64,000 bases of DNA from Mayamaea pseudoterrestris (Eukaryota). The notes under the pieces were generated by a model, which had not been told where the DNA came from, did not search any database, and worked only from the letters and a program-made list of their open reading frames with translations. Positions 59,001 through 64,000 of this stretch are shown piece by piece. The position numbers and the translations under genes were made by a program. The DNA lies in assembly GCA_027923505.1 (NCBI GenBank), contig BROI01000002.1, forward strand, positions 1 to 64,000. The letters run 5' to 3'. Position 1 is the stretch's first letter. Each line of letters begins with the position of its first letter.

Positions 59001-59512
59001 TTGTAGGTAAAGGTAATTGCCAGTGACTGCGGTGGCGGCAGTTTTTGATAGTCATTGTCGCCAGAAACTCGTTGCTCCTGCTCGTCGCGCAACACCTTGT
59101 CCTGCTGCTCTCTCTCGTACTTCTCACGCAGCGCCAAACAGCGTTGCGCCTGACGATGCGCGCGCAGCGTCAATGGATGAACCAACGTGACATTGGAGTG
59201 CTGCTTTTCGTCAGTGCTGCTGCTAGTGCTGCTAATAGCATTGTCCGCCACTCCCAGCTCGTGCGGCGCCATGAGTGATCCACGCGTCGTTTGCTGTTGT
59301 TGCTGCTGCTGCATATTACTACCACTAGCTCCAGCACTTGTTACGCGACGTTCCTCCATGGCCACTGGTCGTGGCGGCAAATTGCTGTTCGATGCTGCTG
59401 ATGCTGATCCTGATGGATTTTGCATGCGATGAAAGCCTTCCGTGTTGCGCGTCCGGCTGGGGTAGCGGGGAGGTGGCGGTGGACTCGCCGAGTGCGTCAG
59501 TCGCTTCTTCAT
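50021..59512 (-). CDS. Rav1/Rabconnectin-3alpha (DMXL)-like RAVE subunit with PDZ, SH2, DEP-like and C2 domains; 3163 aa, intronless
   Basis: Rav1p_C motifs DWKTAKRLRLPFWV...ALYYI...FL..FDFS.EKGRRAAEKNGFSLL...YRAASAFFLL...DIDLAFLVARL. N-terminal WD-like strands (FLVHPSPVTRLVFR). Other domains are described in findings. Confidence 0.85.
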   Translation of the reverse strand: MKKRLTHSASPPPPPRYPSRTRNTEGFHRMQNPSGSASAASNSNLPPRPVAMEERRVTSAGASGSNMQQQQQQQTTRGSLMAPHELGVADNAISSTSSSTDEKQHSNVTLVHPLTLRAHRQAQRCLALREKYEREQQDKVLRDEQEQRVSGDNDYQKLPPPQSLAITFTYKGVSVIFGTTNHPSVYIVCARTRFVLQQLNVTDGNAAGSDYSKIVALKAHPVTGQVVLVHANGCVRSFLPVPVDPTKSCYGRYQWVPHYYNVRSSSGQSDGTGFTSSDSQPAAATSIVLEAEQLFPNDRDDAGDHGDAAAAAEVDAKWNVSLSMDYKILLAHGNQLVVLDTTPLDGADANAATANAASRRMNNTTTSSQNNHAAINNVVWMTCMPGKIRVAQLSGDAHAIAVVCHDDDDDLVKKQQFANEQQQVVDDDDGENYGVHVMVRDWEDGSEKDWSLSSSKHKRKSGRRRHVLNVTDGAAADSETINVNDAMPEFNIKDTPLLSRSRSIGVVYKPGPFLVHPSPVTRLVFRGHGHNTSSECGARKPQQKQQEGNDLLLTYCEESLSARIFCQNGWKCFMEWDTPVRTRVDWIHGVSAFTLGDLEPKSSNSKYRSSSAPSSRRPSLNNSNKNDGNTKDESDGRRQHYQSIPNHATPYSNAGAWISEITFQDATPAIRLSRLTYLKRGVDEFIPTLFENVSAILPVGLISPNILCGNDDSYLCVEGIWPVWNPRLSEASSVTTDHHTGTIRGSAMSFLGLAAGPAVSTTAADGSFTDGLLSNTQSPPCEIRIVAAHAEPGKLLALQFPLLGEQDWTALELGNPTRSIFLLDELDIISGKKRNVDRLPLPAVMELESSQLIAQYCEEASKFISLTWRKHGPAMFLPSHWMPEDVDSKKAARVLTERRWFKDESILSVPIEQPVLWLPPTVCKNRSVVEMRWWKGENVGGPHYLIVLLDNGTIIVFEIASPESVERPVVLCQNAVFPDSPIMKINTMSSNVGEIYEVSIVPDTEFGLGLRLEVQQDGNPAIVGSFKRNPLSGDILPAEQCGVIALGDELVNANNVNLEEKLFDDIIATVRDIGAVSGVGNPMRLTFRRMSDPQPPPSPRIRQRRTAEQILGVKPADSNGNTDGLFAASESVLNDCQEPLPPHFSVVAVFEKAIQELVSGNTRPRHDGNLQLAVVPHGSQTKVNFERSCILYYTYICRVSAVHLELRFFHTSEKARISYIGSWQKDSDNQREIRRMDVKCLDQERTELALCDVDGTVSLLQASLHAGASPSIKFQHYDLFCIQSELSRNVQLRLFDVTLLATMPTEDGFRKEITVWSLRADPYTSDTVGQPECCLSLGTFCYHPSSIRTESSDNDFVDFEFVNSGYLDAFPTLVVFSKRHVTAYSRQGLEWLPAIRMSYQSFHEAISAAEVSQGTTFYNIASPRTAFSHLTRSLRLGYVSESESDYLCADWHPESMIASVMTEARGPLHALRERVRPLLLWLSTEGLSIQEGNFAGRLYTAPLFIYTGFGEKDRELTAGATADIGLEKDKMLKLLTVLVACCSTKEIDHAGYVAPLRYSPSLEAVDLPQPLLPLSVEDMHILRSFCTLMVDSHDYQFIDPCGQHFIFCASIIKALHIVQPESHQVQYPPKSPLGVPGLSPRLHMSVPNQGADSRQISSAACLAALLSCSQSQLLKFSRTYNEKMDWKTAKRLRLPFWVRSDTALARISEEIGQNLFRSERDIMESALYYIIAQKTLTLRNLAATDSSENGRKFHKFLNTFDFSTEKGRRAAEKNGFSLLRKCKYRAASAFFLLAKPPFLNAAVATIATKMKDIDLAFLVARLMESDKLASAGSFNLAAIGGGGGYVNSTASNPIVGPDESFAEWVPRLGKSSQSLLVERAFASTADRLFSALSLVWLGKKDDATWVCADIVRPDDLLSVAEPAVLERYFARGAREDGVVSASRKLNALIDDLSPPLLLRAMAGSRRSQLAAALTISQTLEGRGVELASIDMLFPFGKEHIPEEHHDVIKLAVPATSLTNQVQTSIFDSFDMPPQRVEPPTAVASSTIAQSSIFDDFDIPLSKAKPLVQSQVVNEMQSSIFDSYDTLPREHAADNHAISQSVRPTKPIEGDSDMPTALNGRLGVHEDTTTFDLPSVNGLASPPALWSEWTLQVLVQAAARRFVREVAGVLAPHLGDLREPRVDLCYVNFNLYFPSGAFGAFQEKCDGHKIIQQVRQTLNRLCAACDTPDHYVVEAALRFLNASHSQHRMLLAVVINAAVDREHISEDILRVAAQDLIGYCNVWAITIDDLVHQRKSKAHVASQYIRRYAARVSYQVETCLWLHRGGGLPLSGIALKEAIVGVRAGLLVVSWNRNYECIETMIRSNPDCCVDEEAGRILWASLKSNVEVGREQHLQKEKVSSGGWEFLVECKRSEATGLLNDKKTGCFIIRPHPGDSGVYTLSFKTNLIPPKDDASPTLEEPGADNSGDDLTDSEATTPNRIASTRKNKSRNNQSVQHAIVRLSESGYRCGSFGPHTTLISLLEAVSASLPFALRFDLPPTDRLIKEEGSQPSPNAVLFRELGLGRAACLRSAAPDTVVPCRNDPFARNYSGLSNNHLDPCFSKVRLVGDTMSAFGKLLELLVVAASRKQFSDIVAADYRDILPDNDGDEPDAEKILVGDKDDNDWRTMDWRRGTIDALTHDRLMVAQTILAPILSWCKILEILALQLVDPSSHVPIVSDMHLDTRSTNFRDGGDSILRKMIQRDSGVHFSTLKLADGGDSTMVVIFSQEEAIKWLLTNNTDASADAAVDRLKLMEKNRIIESIDFSTLRLKHKVNTPVHEGTRYRILDPWEVEALQNWEGETLGASLGREQFSGFSLARVGHASESIIRSFGEAHVLELWTCLRGDFVTTKAIAAIHPNWESCGGGDLQFLRGSIAEPAPFENTIRQHLYRNSLFRRLEMPQRFMAIVQVELLDLKNLTAPGGLLSMSVYALLRLRREGSNAELTNKSRTLDTAITQPVKLGKATGPNAPASWGSVARFRFPLPEDAWVDGSSYDSDRDVLFKGPPRMLQVSVYEKKLLVDHCLGTADVRTDGLCAGGQLEEWVPLRNEKQGIAWFARVRLTLRFELMCLASSDEAREFDGVAPSVGLRKIQELGRTGGVSHEDMRKSVSSPDLVLTYFDSMVP

Positions 59513-59994
59513 GGTAGTACAATATGCGAATTAGAGAAATTTGGCTAGTATATCTACAAGAGAATCAAAGTTGGTGTATATCTTGCCTTTGTTGTTGTCG
59601 TTTGGCTGTGATGTTTGGCCATCGTCGAGAAGGCCAACGATCAAGAAACGTTACTTGGCGTTAGGGCTTGGCTAAGGTCGTTCTGGCTGCTTTTTCTTCT
59701 CGGCTACAAGTAGAGTAAGTTTCTTTTCCATCTATACCGGTACTGTACTGTAAATGATATGAGAAACTGCAACTAATCGAAGCAAGACCAATTGCTAACA
59801 TGAAAATATAAGTTACATTTTTGCTTGGCAAACCACGAATAGCTAGAGACAGTCGGCGCGCGCGCACAAGTGCGTCACTCCACGACTCGTCGGTTGACAC
59901 GGACGACGGACAAACCGATCGACGGTGAAGCCATCGACAGGAGGCGCGCGAGAGAGCCATGGGGAGTCGACCACAGCAGCAGCCGCAAGCCAAA

Positions 59995-60027
59995 CAGCAA
60001 CTACAGCAACTACTACAGCAACTACAG
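59995..60027 (+). repeat. Short imperfect (CAGCAACTA)n tandem repeat upstream of CK1
   Basis: cagcaactacagcaactactacagcaactacag read directly from the sequence. Confidence 0.7.
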
Positions 60028-60245
60028 TCACAAAGAAGGCGGCCTACCAATTTATACTGCAGTTCGCATCGCTACGTAGTTGCTAGAAGAAATACGAGGA
60101 GATTGATTAGCGTTGAACCATCGATCTAATAATAATTTAACGACGAGAACCTTGGCTCGCTCCACCAACCGCTTCATTCGTTTTCTCTGAAACAAAATTA
60201 CATTGAGACGCAACTAGTACTGATACTACTGTTACTCATTAAATA

Positions 60246-61824
60246 ATGGAACTCCGCGTCGGCCGCAAGTATCGCTTGGGCCGCAAGATTGGCTCCGGAA
60301 GCTTTGGAGACATTTACTTGGGCACCAACATGACCACGGGCGAGGAGGTTGCCATTAAATTGGAAAGCGTCAAGACCAAGCATCCGCAGCTACTGTATGA
60401 AAGCAAGATTTATCGCATTCTACATGGGGGATGTAAGTGAATTATTGTAGCAATATTGATGAATTTGGAGGGGTTGGAGTGTTAAAAGTTGAGCGATTGA
60501 GAAGAGAGAGGTGGACAATGAGCGGTTCAATCTTAATGTTTCATTGCGACGTTGTAACTATCTTTCTCGTATTCATTGCCCAAATATAAACTCATCCACT
60601 ACGTTTCTTTTGTTATCGCAGTGGGTATCCCAAACGTTCGTTGGTACGGCATCGAGGGCGACTACAATGTCATGGTGCTCGACTTGCTTGGGCCGTCGTT
60701 GGAGGATTTGTTCAACTACTGCGGACGGCGGTTTCAGCTCAAGACGGTGCTCATGCTGGCGGATCAGTTGCTTTCGAGACTAGAGTATGTTCATACCAAG
60801 GTAAGAGAGAAAGAGATTTAATAGAGCAGGCTGAAGCATTTTTACTTGTTCTTGGAGGTTGGAGGACGCGCGTTACGAAGCATTTCCAATCGTTTCTTCT
60901 ATTTCGTTGCACTCGTCTCACTTGTCATATTTTATATCCATTCCTTTGTTTTCATAGTCATTTATTCATCGGGACGTCAAGCCGGATAATTTTTTGATTG
61001 GTCTCGGCAAGCGGCAATCGGTGATTCACATTATTGATTTTGGTTTGGCCAAAAAGTATCGCGACCCTCGCTCCCACCAGCACATTCCCTACCGCGAAAA
61101 TAAGAATTTGACGGGAACGGCTCGATACGCATCCATCAATACGCACATTGGCATTGAGCAGTCTCGTCGAGACGATTTGGAGTCACTTGGCTACGTGCTC
61201 ATGTACTTTATTCGCGGCTCGTTGCCGTGGCAGGGACTCAAGGCGAATACCAAGAAGCAAAAGTATGAGCGCATCATGGATCGCAAAATGTCTACGTCGA
61301 CGGAGCAGCTTTGCAAGGGCTACCCGACGGAGTTTAGATCTTACTTTGAGTACTGCCGGAGCTTGCGGTTTGAGGATCGACCCGATTATGCGTATTTGAA
61401 GCGACTGTTCAAGGAGCTCTTTTACCGCAAGGGTTTTCAGTACGACAATATGTTTGACTGGACGGTGCTGAACTTGCAGCAAGAGCGAGCGCGATTGCCG
61501 CCGGAGCGACCGTTTGCCGCTGCAGCTCCCGACTTGGACGATGCTGGTCGTCGCCAGCAGCAACAGCAGCAGCAAGCTGCCGAGGAGCGAGAGCGCAGCC
61601 GCAGTAGCAACCATGAGCACATTGCCGCGCCTGCAATGGCGGGTGCTCCTGGCTCGCAGAACAGAGGCTATGGATCACAGCAGCATGTGGGATCGCAGCA
61701 CAATTTTAGCGTCCAAGGTTCCCAGCAGCAACAGCAGCAACCAGGAGCGTTGCAGGTGCCACCGACGTATGCGAGTCAGCATGGATCGCAGCAGGCTGTT
61801 CCGGATATTGGAGGCGGGCTTTAG
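60246..61824 (+). CDS. CK1: Casein kinase 1 (delta/epsilon-like); exons 60246-60432, 60622-60800, 60958-61824
   Basis: [72 protein letters not shown]-rich tail. Confidence 0.97.
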
Positions 61825-62120
61825 GGTTAAAGCGTGTTGGAGTTGGATGATGGAAGCCGGGTAAGTTAGACGACGGTCGGCCCGGGTGACGAAGCTGGAC
61901 GAATGAATGGCGTCCGAATAAGTTGATTAATGAATTATTGTACAAGATGGATGTCGCGAAATACAACGAGGAATATGGCGTGGTGACGAGGGATATACGA
62001 AACATTGAAGTAAATTGCACTTTATATATTTGTCAATTGCCGTTGGCCACGCAGCGGGTACAGTAGCGTTTGTCAAGTTAAAACGGCGCCATTGAAGTAA
62101 CAGCAGCTGCAATACGCCGC

Positions 62121-62573
62121 TTATTTAGAAAGCAATCCAAAGAAGTAAGTCTTCTTTCGCTTTGACCGTTTCGATCGTGCCGACGGAATAGCAAGCAGCT
62201 CCTCGCGCGTATGATGCTGCATGACCACTCGCCGCACGACGGATGGCAATGCCACCAATATTTCAATGTCATTGTAGTGGCACTCTCTTAAAATAAAGGC
62301 AGCGCCCGTTGGTGGCTCGAGCAATTGTCGTTTACCCGTATGGACGGAGCAGTAGTAGTAAATCTTGCGTCCCTTGGTGTTGCGGTAGAAACGCTCGACC
62401 CATATGTCGTCGTCGCTCGGAATCTCAAGGTCCTTCAAGCGCTCGCTTCGACGAGGCTTGGACAGTTTTAGCTTGGATTCGATCGGCGGAGTCAGTATGG
62501 AAGATGTATCATCGGATGCTGTTCGATCGGCAGAGGAGTCTTGCTTCTTGAGAGTCAACCTACGTCTAAACAT
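62121..62573 (-). CDS. Small basic hypothetical protein with WW-like motif
   Basis: 150-aa ATG ORF. DIWVERFYRNTKGRKIYYYCSVHTGKRQLLEPP resembles a WW-fold pattern. Basic C-terminus. Confidence 0.6.
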   Translation of the reverse strand: MFRRRLTLKKQDSSADRTASDDTSSILTPPIESKLKLSKPRRSERLKDLEIPSDDDIWVERFYRNTKGRKIYYYCSVHTGKRQLLEPPTGAAFILRECHYNDIEILVALPSVVRRVVMQHHTREELLAIPSARSKRSKRKKTYFFGLLSK

Positions 62574-63139
62574 GGCTACGGGAGTACGCAGACGGTGCTT
62601 CCATTACAAGGAACGGAATTATGTCATGATGGTGGCATGGCATTTGTCAAAATGTTGACGTCTAGTCCTATTTTATCTCACGACTGCAGATAGATGGCGA
62701 CTGCCTGTCTGACTGTTTCAGCGATTCATTGCCTGAGGTCCGAAATACGTGTCGTTTGGCATTGCGACTCTGACTGCGACTTGTCGAAAGACGCGCTGGT
62801 CGAGCATTTCTTAGAACCTCCTAGCAAACCAATACCACAGCAACTATCGAAGATGCGTAGGTAGTGTTGTCTGATCCAAAGCCCATTGCCAGTGGCCATT
62901 TTCTGTTAATGGCGATTGCGTTGCGAGTTGCGATGAACCGCGGAAAAGCGTTCGGATTGTTTGGCGTCGGACCGTGACTCTTGCAGAGTTTTCAGTGTCG
63001 CTTTACGCTTGACCGACGCATCACGATGACATGCGACGGCTCCGGCTGGCTGTCATTTCAAGCCGGTCGGAGGAGCAACCAAGCAACTTGCAGCTCAGTC
63101 GTACTAATTACATAAACTACAAAAACTACCAAAGCAATC

Positions 63140-64000
63140 ATGGCAGCCAATGCAGCAGGCGGAGGACGTCAAGCCGGAGGAAACCAGGGCATGAATGAGC
63201 ATGTTGAATTTAGTGTAAGTGTAATAGCGTCGGACGACGGTGAGAGAGTCTTGTTTCGGAGTTATTCCGTCGCGATGCATTTGATTTTTCTTATCTCATT
63301 ATACTCGTATTTTATATACTGCAGGTCAAAGCCGAAGAGGATTTATATTTGACGGGAACCGAAAATACTATTCGCCGCGTGACGGCCGAAACAAACTACA
63401 GCTGCCTCATGTTGAAAACGCAGCGATTCTCGTCGCTCTTTCGTCACTATGCAAAGTACCATGGTTTACGCAAGGATGATTTGGAATATTATTTTGTCAA
63501 TTTGCTGGAAAATGAAGACACTCCCGAAACAGTCCAGCTTCAGCGAGGCGATACAATTATGGTACGCAAGCGCCGACCACCGACCATTCCGGAAGCTGCC
63601 GCGGACGATGACGAGTTTGTCAAGGACATGCGAGAACTTATGGAAGACGATGAGCATATGGATGCCACATTTTTAATTCCAGTCGGCGAAGCTGGCAAGA
63701 ATGCGAAGAAGGATGTTCATGCGTCGTCCAATGTCATTCGCGTGCACGCGCACAGGAGCATTTTGACGGCACGCGCGGAGTATTTCAAGGCCTTGTTTCG
63801 CACAAACGCAGAAGGAAACCGTTTCATCGAGGCGGATGAATGCGTCATTCGAGTGGACCCTGGCTTTACGGAAATGCATGTTCGCCAAGCCTTGGAATTT
63901 ATTTACACTAATCGCATTCAAAATGTGGCCAAGGTTCAAACGGACGATCTTTTGCAATTGCTGCATTTAGCAGACAAGTGGGTGCTTCGGGATCTCAAGC
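63140..64000 (+). CDS. SUMO-like (Rad60-SLD type) domain + BTB/POZ domain protein; runs off the window end. Exons 63140-63214 and 63325->64000
   Basis: Spliced by hand (GTAAGT at 63215, CAG at 63322-63324). Ubl part: MLKTQRFSSLFRHYAKYHGLRKDDLEYYF..LLENEDTPETVQLQRGDTIMV. BTB part: DMRELMEDDEHMDATF...VHAHRSILTARAEYFKALF...LEFIYTN...LLHLADKW. Not in the ORF track in this frame. Confidence 0.85.

Noticed and set aside
1..64000. CRISPR arrays, tRNA/rRNA genes, LTR or TIR elements, telomeric repeats
   Set aside because: None seen by eye; a tRNAscan/Infernal/RepeatModeler run would be needed to exclude small or degenerate elements.

Overview
Gene-dense eukaryotic nuclear DNA, almost certainly from a diatom. 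Evidence: short GT-AG introns, several bipartite signal peptide + ASAF-type plastid presequences, and DUF6824, helicase-associated and 'LxxLAVWK' diatom families. About 27 protein-coding genes were reconstructed, many by manual splicing. No rRNA, tRNA, CRISPR array or recognisable transposon was found. Highlights: (1) a 9-exon DNMT5 (C5-methyltransferase + SNF2 ATPase) with an apparent DNMT1-type RFTS-like N-terminal domain, a large insertion inside the catalytic domain and no RING; (2) an intronless single-chain Mre11/SbcD-Rad50/SbcC fusion with a plastid-type presequence; (3) an intronless 3163-aa Rav1/DMXL (V-ATPase assembly factor) homologue carrying PDZ, SH2, DEP-like and C2 domains; (4) a SUMO-like/BTB fusion; (5) three stand-alone copies of a small diatom domain family; (6) an ORF interrupted by an in-frame TAG in a near-readthrough context; (7) two bacterial-type intronless genes (GH3 and DUF6174). 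All domain calls come from motif recognition by eye and need HMM or structure confirmation.
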